Under the pieces are notes generated by a model. That model saw only the letters and a program-made list of their open reading frames with translations. It had not been told where the DNA came from and made no database searches. Positions 46,184 through 55,600 of a stretch of DNA of 64,000 nt are shown here, in pieces; position 1 is the stretch's first letter, and each line of letters opens with the position of its first letter. This stretch comes from a virus. Lineage: Duplodnaviria > Caudoviricetes. The translations under genes were made by a program, and so were the position numbers. The DNA lies in IMG/VR virus record IMGVR_UViG_2974799246_000001, positions 96,001 to 160,000 of that record. One strand, given 5' to 3'.

Positions 46184-47358
46184 GCTGGCAGGTAACCGAA
46201 GTACAACAGCGTGTGCGTGTCGAACTTGTAGTTCAGGCTGAATGCGTTCAGGCTATTGATGCTGCTGCCGTGGAAGCCCATGTTGTGGCGTTCTTCACGA
46301 CCGATGTTACGCAGCAACTCACGGATGATACGCATATCGAGAGCGGTAGTGAATTCCTTCTCGATTGGTTTCGCCAGCTTGAGACTATCCTGTACGCTAC
46401 CGCTATCGTTACCAAACTTGAGTCGAAACTCTTGCTTCTTAACGTGGAGCTTCGCGTTCGTGTTACCCTTCTTCTCAATCAGAGTCGAGATGTTGGCGAA
46501 CGGCGCGGACAGGTCACCTTTGATTACACAACCCAGAATCGGTTTACCGAGTTGCGCAATCATGTTGTCCATGTAGCGATAGTCTTCATCGCTTGCCTGA
46601 ATCGGAGGCAGAGTCAGTACGAACGATTCCGCTTCGGCAGCAAACGAACTGCTATCAACATGGAACGTTACCTTCTCCTCACCGCAGAAGCGATACACCA
46701 GATCGAACATCTCGCCCGTCATACTGAAACGGAATGGCTTCACTTTCTTTTTCAGTTCAGAACGATAACGAGAAGACGTCCAGTGACCAGGACTAACGAG
46801 CGACAGACTTGTACCGTCACAGATAACGCGACACATAACAGTCTGACCTGTGATGGTATCTTTCAAGCGAGTCAGCTTAACGCCTTGAGTCATCGCGTCG
46901 ATTACTTCACGCGTCATCTCATGGCCACCTTCGATATGGTGATGCAGACCCTGTTCAACCATCGGGATTTGTTCGGCAGACACAGGACGCAATTTAAGCT
47001 CGGCCTTGTATTTGCCTTTCTGTTCGCTGATGTGCAGCACCTTACCGTCGAACTCAACGTTCAGTTCCTTACGCTTGTTGATCAAGCCAGTCAACTGAAT
47101 CGGGTCGATGTTCATTACTGTATCGGTGTCAGCAGTTGCGCCAGGTACCAGATACGCAACGAAGGTATCTGGAGTACGGCCCAACACGAACACGTCAGAC
47201 TTGTACGTTACCAACAGATGGATATGCGTCAACTTATCGTCCGACTCGGAGAAGCGCGTTACCAGATCAACACGTTTCAGAATGTCTGACAGGAACGTAC
47301 CATTTAGTGTCAGGTTGCAGCTCTTAGCGGGGTTCTTCGGCAGTCGGCAAGTCTTCAT
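46180..47358 (-). CDS. DNA polymerase sliding clamp (DnaN/beta-like)
   Basis: 392 aa, three-domain alpha/beta pattern; LSDILKRVDLV..LTHIHLLV start and ALDMRIIRELLRNI end resemble DnaN; next to polymerase. Confidence 0.65.
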   Translation of the reverse strand: MKTCRLPKNPAKSCNLTLNGTFLSDILKRVDLVTRFSESDDKLTHIHLLVTYKSDVFVLGRTPDTFVAYLVPGATADTDTVMNIDPIQLTGLINKRKELNVEFDGKVLHISEQKGKYKAELKLRPVSAEQIPMVEQGLHHHIEGGHEMTREVIDAMTQGVKLTRLKDTITGQTVMCRVICDGTSLSLVSPGHWTSSRYRSELKKKVKPFRFSMTGEMFDLVYRFCGEEKVTFHVDSSSFAAEAESFVLTLPPIQASDEDYRYMDNMIAQLGKPILGCVIKGDLSAPFANISTLIEKKGNTNAKLHVKKQEFRLKFGNDSGSVQDSLKLAKPIEKEFTTALDMRIIRELLRNIGREERHNMGFHGSSINSLNAFSLNYKFDTHTLLYFGYLPA

Positions 47359-47620
47359 CTCTATCCTCTAAAACAAATTGTAGTGTGCCCTGTATATTTA
47401 CAGCTTCAAGGCGCTTACCTGTAGGCATTAACAGGCCATTCAACACACCCAGCATATCAGCGCTGTGGCAGTCAGGTGCTATCTGGTGAACGTAGATATC
47501 ATCAGGCACATCACCTGGGTTAAGCTGCCAAGCAGTACGCAAGGCAGCACCCATGAATGCCGGGCGCTCTACCAGATGCCTGTTCAAAAATGAACATACG
47601 TCTTCGGCGCTCAACGTCAT
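47324..47620 (-). CDS. Hypothetical protein
   Basis: 98 aa, ATGA overlap with polymerase stop. Confidence 0.55.
   Translation of the reverse strand: MTLSAEDVCSFLNRHLVERPAFMGAALRTAWQLNPGDVPDDIYVHQIAPDCHSADMLGVLNGLLMPTGKRLEAVNIQGTLQFVLEDRDEDLPTAEEPR
47395..47403 (-). promoter_or_regulatory. Phage promoter motif CTGTAAATA
   Basis: Exact 9-mer 37 nt upstream of clamp start. Confidence 0.65.
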
Positions 47621-50600
47621 TTCTTACCAATCCCCTTAAGTGCGGAACGGAGCATCGACTTACTGATTTTGATTTTCTTAGGAGCACCATCACCCATCGC
47701 AGCCGCTGCTTTCTTAGCTTTCTCGTCTGCTTCGTATTTCTCAAAGGTTTTGATGTTCTTCGGAAGTTCAGCAAGCCACTCTTTGATGTTCTTCTTGTCC
47801 TTGTTGGTGAGTGGATTGACCTTGTCCATCGACCGAATCTTAATGTCGTTGGCCCAAAGTTGTTTCTTCATCCAATCGGACATAAGGTGATACTGGTCCT
47901 GCATGATGCTGTCAGTTACTTTGTCAACATCGAGGTCCTTCTCACCCAGCTCATCACGTTTGACGATCAGACCATCACGAATGAGTTTCTTGAGTTGAAC
48001 GTAAGAGAAGTTCCAACCCTGCACGTCTTTCTCCGATGCACCGATTTCAAAGTCAATCTCAGGCACGGATGTGAACGCAAATCCTTCGTGACGTTTCTGT
48101 ACGACTTCGACCACTGCGCTGGTCATCGCACGTTCGATCATATCGAGCGCAAGGAAGATCCATTTATAATCGCAGTCAACGGTCAAGGAGTCGTGTACCG
48201 ATACGTTCATATCGAAGTCAGGGTACTCACCATTCGCTTTGAAGTAGTCATACTTCATGCGGTCCAGAATACGAATCGCACTCATCATCAAGTCAGAACC
48301 GAATCCCTGTACTGGACTGTTTACCGCACGACGGTCACAAGCGGCATGAACCATGTTCGCTTCTTTGTGTGACTCAGGCAGCATCAATCCCCAGAGGTGA
48401 CGACGACGACCAACTGGCGATTCGACATAGAAGTTCTCGTGTGCAAACTTCTTGATCTTGTCGAACCATTTTAAGCCAACAGGGAAACGAGTAAGGAACT
48501 TGCCTTTGATTTCGGCAATCTCTTTCACGTCACGACCAGTAGACTTCGCAAGACCCTTATCGCCCTGCTGATAGATCAGTCCGAAGATTACGGTCTTAAC
48601 CGCGTTACGTACGGACTTGGTTACGTCCATTACGTTTGGAATACCGAAGAAGTATGCGGCGTTGATTTTGTGAACGTCACCTTCTGCTTCGACGCGGTGC
48701 TCGATCCACGGGTCAGGTACTGTACGGAAACGATGACGTAACTTACGGCCTTGCTCGAATACGTCTGCAACGCCTTGGTCACCTGAGATGATCGACCAGC
48801 CCCTTACTTCGTGGGCTGAGTAGTCGACCTTGATTAGTAAACGGTTCTTACGTGCAATCAAGATACGCTTGATCAGTTTACCCATCTCACTACGACTCGG
48901 TACCTGTTGCAAGTTCGGGTCAGACGCCGAGGTACGACCCGTTACAACTCCAAGATAACCATACGTCGGTCGGATTGATCTATCGTGTTTGAAGTCTTCC
49001 GATTCGCCCCAGAGTTTAAGCAGGCTGTTAACGTAGGCGTTCTTGAGCTTGTACGCCTTTCCGAGTTTCGAGTAGAGAGCAACAAGCGGTATATCTGCAT
49101 ACGCCGCTTGGAAGTCCTTGTCCAGCTTGCCTGTCTTCTTACCGTTCTCACGTAGCTGTTCCCCTTCTTTCAGAGGCTTGAGTTTCATCACGTCGAAGAA
49201 CAGGATTTGTTTATGCTCCGACTTCGACATATCGAACTTCGTGACCTCGACTTTGCCCATAAGACCCATCTTAGGAACATTGTCGTCTTTGCAGATCAGT
49301 TTGTTCGCAGCCTTAACTTCAGGGCTGTTCATGAACTCACGCTCTACGTTCCGAATCTCCTCGTTAATAGGAGAGTTCGGCAGGTTGAGCTTAAACAGGT
49401 AGTCTATATCAGCACCAGCACCTGTTGTCTCCAGAATCGAGAACGCATGAATCTGGTCGGAGATTTGCTCACTGACCATAGACTCATACTTGGCGTACTT
49501 GATATCGTTGGCTCGCTTGAGTTGTTGCTCTGCGATTCGGAAAGGAACGATAACGTCAAGCCCTGCGTATTCCTGAACACTCTCGTCCAAGTCAACGTCG
49601 GCAATCGTCGCTCGCATCTCTTTACCGAACGATACTTCATGATACACCTGACAGCCGTACTGCATCGTCAGGTTCGCTAAGTTGTAATAACCAGCGCCCG
49701 TAACGTTAAGCAATGACTTGGCGTTCTCATCGTTCGCAAACTCACCAGCCTGAATATCCCACACGTTCGCGGCGTAACTACGAATGCCGAAGTTGGAACG
49801 CATTACGTTCAGGTCGAACTTCGCGTTGGTGTAGATTTGATACTTGTTCGAGTTCTCCTCAAAGAAGTCTTTGAATAGCTCACGAACCTTGCGTAGTTCT
49901 TTCGGACTGAATGGACTGTCGCGGTGATAAATCGGAATGACATACGCCTTCTGACCGTCGTCCGATAACTGCACCGTTAAGAGTTTATTCTTGATACGGT
50001 TAAGGTTCTCGGTTTCGGTATCGACTGCAACCTTCTTGGCGCGCTTCATACGCTTCAAGATTTTCTCAAGTTGCTTGACCTTCGTTACATACACGAGATC
50101 CCAGTTACGCTTCTTACCACACGTAACCTCTGCGATCTTATAGCGCATCCCCTTGTTAAGCCACGGCAACATCCAGCGAGCCATGTAACCAAGCGTGTAC
50201 GATGAGCCAGCAATGTGCATCGGGTTTAGAACGGTATGATAACTAACGTTCGGCAGATGGACGAAGCTGTGTTTCTTCGAACCGTGTTTGACCTTTGTCG
50301 GTATCTCAACACCGTACCAATGCTCATAGTGATCTTTCGAGAATTGAATCTTCTCGTTGTTCAGCGCTTTGAATGGCGCCTTACCAAACGTCAGCACGTA
50401 ATCAGGTTTGTAATCTACAATGATCTCCCGAATACGGTCAGCGAATGCGGCATCGGCATCTTCCTTAAACTGTTCACCCTTGTCATAGGTCTTGAACATG
50501 TTGTACGAGACAACGAGGAAGTTCCAATCGTCGAGAGTCGTCTTGGTCGGAAACGTATCTTCAAGATACTGAATCTGGTTCAAGAACAACTCACCTTCTG

Positions 50601-50784
50601 TCGAGGTAAAGATTCTGCCGCTACGCAGATCTTCGGTCGGCATATGATCGAGGACGAGAAGTGCTTTGCCACCTTTAGCGCTTTTACTTACGCTTTTCAA
50701 AAGTCGAACGCCATCGTAGGTCTGCATGTCTGCAAACTGTTCAGGCGGTTCGAAGTCGAGGGATATAAACTTTGGTTTTTCCAC
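47617..50784 (-). CDS. Family A DNA polymerase with N-terminal UDG-like and 3'-5' exonuclease domains
   Basis: Exo motifs VAVDTET, NAKFDL, YAGLD; PolA motifs TGRTSASDPNLQQVP, DYSAHEVR, RNAVKTVIFGLIY, NSPVQG, VHDS. Confidence 0.95.
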   Translation of the reverse strand: MEKPKFISLDFEPPEQFADMQTYDGVRLLKSVSKSAKGGKALLVLDHMPTEDLRSGRIFTSTEGELFLNQIQYLEDTFPTKTTLDDWNFLVVSYNMFKTYDKGEQFKEDADAAFADRIREIIVDYKPDYVLTFGKAPFKALNNEKIQFSKDHYEHWYGVEIPTKVKHGSKKHSFVHLPNVSYHTVLNPMHIAGSSYTLGYMARWMLPWLNKGMRYKIAEVTCGKKRNWDLVYVTKVKQLEKILKRMKRAKKVAVDTETENLNRIKNKLLTVQLSDDGQKAYVIPIYHRDSPFSPKELRKVRELFKDFFEENSNKYQIYTNAKFDLNVMRSNFGIRSYAANVWDIQAGEFANDENAKSLLNVTGAGYYNLANLTMQYGCQVYHEVSFGKEMRATIADVDLDESVQEYAGLDVIVPFRIAEQQLKRANDIKYAKYESMVSEQISDQIHAFSILETTGAGADIDYLFKLNLPNSPINEEIRNVEREFMNSPEVKAANKLICKDDNVPKMGLMGKVEVTKFDMSKSEHKQILFFDVMKLKPLKEGEQLRENGKKTGKLDKDFQAAYADIPLVALYSKLGKAYKLKNAYVNSLLKLWGESEDFKHDRSIRPTYGYLGVVTGRTSASDPNLQQVPSRSEMGKLIKRILIARKNRLLIKVDYSAHEVRGWSIISGDQGVADVFEQGRKLRHRFRTVPDPWIEHRVEAEGDVHKINAAYFFGIPNVMDVTKSVRNAVKTVIFGLIYQQGDKGLAKSTGRDVKEIAEIKGKFLTRFPVGLKWFDKIKKFAHENFYVESPVGRRRHLWGLMLPESHKEANMVHAACDRRAVNSPVQGFGSDLMMSAIRILDRMKYDYFKANGEYPDFDMNVSVHDSLTVDCDYKWIFLALDMIERAMTSAVVEVVQKRHEGFAFTSVPEIDFEIGASEKDVQGWNFSYVQLKKLIRDGLIVKRDELGEKDLDVDKVTDSIMQDQYHLMSDWMKKQLWANDIKIRSMDKVNPLTNKDKKNIKEWLAELPKNIKTFEKYEADEKAKKAAAAMGDGAPKKIKISKSMLRSALKGIGKK

Positions 50785-50822
50785 CAGCTAGTCCTATCAA
50801 TGTCTCACAATGTGATGGCAGT

Positions 50823-50831
50823 TATTTACAG
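50823..50831 (-). promoter_or_regulatory. Phage promoter motif CTGTAAATA
   Basis: Exact 9-mer 39 nt upstream of polymerase start, immediately after a terminator. Confidence 0.75.
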
Positions 50832-50836
50832 ATTTT

Positions 50837-50870
50837 AGAAACGAAAAAGGGCACCCTAAGGCACCCTTTT
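50837..50870 (-). terminator. Intrinsic terminator
   Basis: GGGTGCC-TTAG-GGTGCCC-TTTTTCGTTTCT. Confidence 0.8.
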
Positions 50871-50873
50871 GTA

Positions 50874-52052
50874 TTAAAGTTTACGCAGACCTTTCTTAAT
50901 AGCCGCTTGCGCTTGGGCCGCAGTAGGGTCTTTCGTCGCAAACAGTTCGATAACGTTCTTGATTGATTCCAGCTCGCCCAAATGAATCTGAACGTTTTGC
51001 ACTTTCTTCAAATGGTCACCGATAAAGGTCATCAGCCAACCCTTCTGCTTCATAACGACAGAAACTTCCAGTCCCTTATATTCGAAGGAGAACTGGTTGC
51101 CCGTAGTGCGAAGCAGTTTAGCAGCGCCTGGGGTAGGCTCAACAGCACGGATGAACTTCGGCGCGTACTTGCTGGCCGTCTGAGTACGCAATACTGAGTA
51201 CGCAGGGTCGAATGTCACAGCACCCGCGGCCACAGTCGCAGCTTTCTTGCTCGGCGTACCGACCTTGCCGACCAGCTTAGTGATTGCAGCAGCGAATGCA
51301 GCAGGCGTAGGACGACGCAATTCCTGACCGATCACAATACCACCAGTGTTGGTAGTAGCGCCGATATGCCATGAAGTCGAACGCTCGTACTCATGGAACT
51401 CATACGGTGGGTCGATATGAATCTCACGGTAGCGGGCGTTAGGGTTTGCAGCACTGAACGTCCAGTCAGACGACTGACCATTGCTTGGTGTGTGCTCGCC
51501 AACAAACGTCAGGCCTGTTGCTTCTGACAACGCGGCAGCAATAGAATCAATCTGCGTCTGCGTCACGTTGTTCATGAATTTAGGACCAATACGTGCGAGA
51601 TCGATCTTAGGCAGAGTGGCGTTCTGGTTCACGCGTTGCGCTACGACTTTAGCAGGCTTGATGCCTGTATCACCCTTAGTCTTAGCGACACGCTGAGGTT
51701 TGACCGCAGCTTTTGCAGTATCGTTCGGCGCAGTCACTTTGATCTTGACCGCACGAAGGCCGTTGATAGTAGCCACCAGCGTCTTCGCCTTGTACAGGTT
51801 CTTGATCGCAGTGACTGCATTCTTACCGGCAGCCTTCTTCGCAAAGGTAGTGGTCGCTTCGGTATCTTTCAGGATATCGAGAATGGCTTCGAGCTTGGCG
51901 GTGTCCAGCTCTTTGATTTTTACCAGCTCGTCGATACGCTTGATCAGCACTTTGGCATTCTTACCAAAGAGAATCTCTGCGTTAGCGACTTGAGCTTTGG
52001 TAGCAGCAGAGATAGACACCACTGCACCGCTGTTCATTGTCATTTCGTACAT
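50874..52052 (-). CDS. Lys/Ala-rich putative internal head protein
   Basis: 392 aa; N-terminal VVSISAA; AAGGA SD. Confidence 0.6.
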   Translation of the reverse strand: MYEMTMNSGAVVSISAATKAQVANAEILFGKNAKVLIKRIDELVKIKELDTAKLEAILDILKDTEATTTFAKKAAGKNAVTAIKNLYKAKTLVATINGLRAVKIKVTAPNDTAKAAVKPQRVAKTKGDTGIKPAKVVAQRVNQNATLPKIDLARIGPKFMNNVTQTQIDSIAAALSEATGLTFVGEHTPSNGQSSDWTFSAANPNARYREIHIDPPYEFHEYERSTSWHIGATTNTGGIVIGQELRRPTPAAFAAAITKLVGKVGTPSKKAATVAAGAVTFDPAYSVLRTQTASKYAPKFIRAVEPTPGAAKLLRTTGNQFSFEYKGLEVSVVMKQKGWLMTFIGDHLKKVQNVQIHLGELESIKNVIELFATKDPTAAQAQAAIKKGLRKL

Positions 52053-52061
52053 TGCTGTTCC

Positions 52062-52613
52062 TTATCGCTTCTTGGTCCAGTTGGAGTTCTGCTTAGGCTG
52101 CTGGTTATGTGCAGGTGCAGGCGTGTTGTCGTCCTCAATGTCATCTTCTTCATCGTCGATGACTTCTTCTTCCTTTTCAGGCTCAGGCGCTTTCACCTGA
52201 GTATTAAGGACAGAGGCTGCGAGTGGGGTCTGCTGCACAGTATTTACAGTAGCAACAGGCTCTTGCACTGCGGCAGCACGCGCAGCAGCAACTTCACCAA
52301 CAGCGTGTTCGTGGACCATAGCAACAGTAACCAATTGACCTTTCTCTTTCAAGATCTCATCGGCGCGAGCTTGATCCCACTTGTCCCAAAGAATATCGAG
52401 GCCCTTGTGCATATAGTTCATGCCAGCAGGGAGCTTGCCACGACCATTGAACGGCAGACCGTTCGAAGGAGTAGCTGGCTCGAACTCGTCCATCATCTCC
52501 CACTTACGTTTTGCTTCAATACACTTAGGGCCCCAGACGCCGTCACACAAACCATCATAGAGTCCCATCATGGTCATGATAAGCTGGAGCTTCTGGTAGA
52601 ATTTATTGAGCAT
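52062..52613 (-). CDS. Peptidoglycan-binding-domain protein
   Basis: LQLIM..MGLY.G.CDGVWGPKCIEAKRKWE matches the PGBD pattern; no catalytic domain apparent. Confidence 0.65.
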   Translation of the reverse strand: MLNKFYQKLQLIMTMMGLYDGLCDGVWGPKCIEAKRKWEMMDEFEPATPSNGLPFNGRGKLPAGMNYMHKGLDILWDKWDQARADEILKEKGQLVTVAMVHEHAVGEVAAARAAAVQEPVATVNTVQQTPLAASVLNTQVKAPEPEKEEEVIDDEEDDIEDDNTPAPAHNQQPKQNSNWTKKR

Positions 52614-52630
52614 TATGTTTTCCTTGCGGC

Positions 52631-52654
52631 AAATGAAAGGGGCCGAAGCCCCTT
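52631..52654 (-). terminator. Intrinsic terminator
   Basis: AAGGGGC-TTCG-GCCCCTTTCATTT. Confidence 0.75.
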
Positions 52655-52660
52655 ATCTGA

Positions 52661-55600
52661 TTACACTGCCTTGTTCTTGGTAGTGGTCAGTTTCAGACGA
52701 TCAAGAGCCGTCGTCAACTTCTTGATGTTCGTGATGTTGTAGCCTGCTTTCACGATCTTGTTGATACGTGCTTTCGCAGTAGCGACATTCTTCACGAAGC
52801 CAATCCACATACCTGGAGAAACATCGAAGGTACCAAACTTACGAGTGTTCGGAATCTTCGTACCGACGAAACGTTTCATCTGCGGGTTAGTGTTCAGGTC
52901 GAACATGATACGCAGACGATCTTCCATTACCATCGGGTATGCCTTGACGTGTTTCTTATCAGAGGCTGCCTTGTGGCGAATCAGGAAGAACTGTTTCAAC
53001 TGCTCCTGAGCTTTCAACGCCAGTTTGATGTTGAAGCCCATACGCGGCGTAGACTCATCGAAGAAGTCCAGCACGAACTCCAAGCGCTTCTCGGAAGGCT
53101 TGTCGAATGCCAGTTTCTTCTTAACCTCAATGAAATCGAGCATCTTCTCGAAGTCTTCATAGTAGGCACAGTCGTAATACACGTAGTCACCGAACTCCAC
53201 GAAGTCGAATGCCTTGAGGGCTTTCGCATCAGGGTCGGTAGCGTTCGCGTAAATAGCCACGAAGCCGTTGTACACGGTAGGCGTCAGTTCGAGCGCCATG
53301 TCTGCACCAGTCGCTTCTTCAACAGCGGCAGCAACAGGTTTCTTACGACGAGTCGTGTTATCCAACACAGGCAGGTCAGCAGGCTTACGACGACGAACAC
53401 GGCCAGCAGCCTCAGCAACACCTTCGTTGATTGGCTTACCTTCTGCTTTGTTCGTAGCACGTTGTTTGGCGCGAGCGGTCTTACGCGCTACAGCCACAAC
53501 CTTCTTCTCTGTCTCAACGGTATCGGCAGTTTCTGTCTCGTCCTTAATCGTATCTTCAATTTCAATACGATTCGCTTCGGCCGTAGCACGTTTGCGATCT
53601 TTCTCGTTCGCCCACGGTTTACGCGCTTCGAAGAACTTCTTGAGATCAGCCTTGTCGACCTTAGTTGCGATGTGGACTTTGTTGGCAGAAATGCTAACAG
53701 TCTCACCTGTACCAGCCAGACGCACACGCACCGTACTGATAGGACTATCTGCACGGAGTTTGCCGTCAACTGTACGCGCAGTCACAGACACGATAACACC
53801 ATTGCCGTACTCAGTAACGACAGGTGCACGGTTCAGAGAATCTTTCAGGTTCTCACCGTTCGTGAAGTTGCGGTTACGTGTCCAGTCCAGCAGACGCTCC
53901 AGACCCCAGCCGTAGCGATCAGGAATCTTCTGGTTGGCAACAAACGGAGTCTGCTCCATAACACGGAAGTCGTTCAGCGCTGGCGTAGCTGGCAGTGCCT
54001 GCATAGCCGCAACAGTCGTCTTACGCATCTCATGGAATTCCTGAGACTCGATTTCGTTCAGGTCGCGCTTGGCAAAGAAGTACTGGGCGAAGTCTTCCAT
54101 CGTGTTGTTGTCGATGAGCAGTTTCGCACTCATCTTGATCGGGTCCAGTTTGTACTGGTCGAGTGCTTCGTAACGCTGGTTGCCCTTCTCATCGAAGCGC
54201 GTTTTCTCCAGTGTCTTCCACATCAGACGAGCGACCTTACCAACTTCAAGGGTCTTGTTCGTCATTACCCAGTCAATGAACACAACTTCACGAGCCATGT
54301 CGCCTGGCTTACCGTTCTCATCCAGTTTTGCAGCAGCAACGTCAGGACGGAAGATACGCGCAGTAGACTGATCGTAAGTACCTGGTGACCACGGAGTATC
54401 GCAGCGGATGATACGGCTACCCATCTGCATGTTGTGGCCTTCGGAGATTGCCTGTTCGTTCGCAATCAGAATCTGGACATTGTTGTCAGTTTTGAATGCG
54501 TCGAGGTTAGCGTCTTTGTTCTGGCCCAGCTTACCAACTTCACCGTGATACACTACAGCAACTTTCTTGTAGTTCTCAGGCAGAGCGTTGTAGATAGCGT
54601 TAGCCGCACGAACGTAGCGCGTAAAGACAATCAGCTTGCCCTGCACCTCTGGTTTCCAGTAGTCCGGATCGTCCGGAGGCGGAACCATTGAAGGCGGTAA
54701 GGCTTGACGTTTGTACTCTTCGGACTGCTTACGTGCCAGATACTTCTGACCGTTGTAGACAGCAATGTCCAGTTCACGAGGAGTAACGCCTGGCTTCCAG
54801 TCGAAGATCTGCTGTTCACCAACCATCGGGTCACGTTCAGGCTGCACTTCGAAGTGCTTCTTGATACGGTCGATAATGGTCAGCACTTTCGCAGATACGA
54901 AGTTGGTAACACCAGCGGCTTCAAACGTCAGACGTGCAACGTCATCACCCATCGGGTCAGTCAACATCATTTCCATACGCTGGAAGTACATGTTCAGGTC
55001 GGCGTTACCTGCGAGCAGTGCGCCCAGGTCATCACCTTCCTCGATATCGTCTTCGTCAATGTCGGAAGCGTTATCATCAGCGCCACCAGCATCATCGTCT
55101 TCGTCATCGTTACCAGCAGAGGCTTTGCGCTTCGCAGCGTTGGCCGCGTCCTGCAATTTCTCCAGCACCTGTTCGTACATCGCGTTATACACCTCTTGGT
55201 GCAGCGCGGAGTTAGGAACAGACGGGTCATCGATCTCAACCTGAATGAAGGTATCAATCGGGTTAGGCAGCATGAACGCCCAGTGCTTACGCTTGAACGA
55301 GATGAACGCAGTGTGGTTCGCCATACGAGAGTGAGCACGACGAATCATTTCGATATCGTCTTTCGCACCATCATACGCAACGTCCAGTGAATCACCGAAC
55401 ATCGCAGGCGTCATCAGCGCAGCCTGGCCAACGATATCACGCACACGGTCAGTCACCAGCGTACCAGTAGCGATACGAGCATAGCGAACGGACGGAGCAG
55501 TGAATACCGCTTTGGTGTTGAAGTGCACCTGAGAGCCCGCCTGACCACCAGAGAAGTTCTTCACTTTATGCGACTCATCGAGCAGCACATAGCTGAAACG

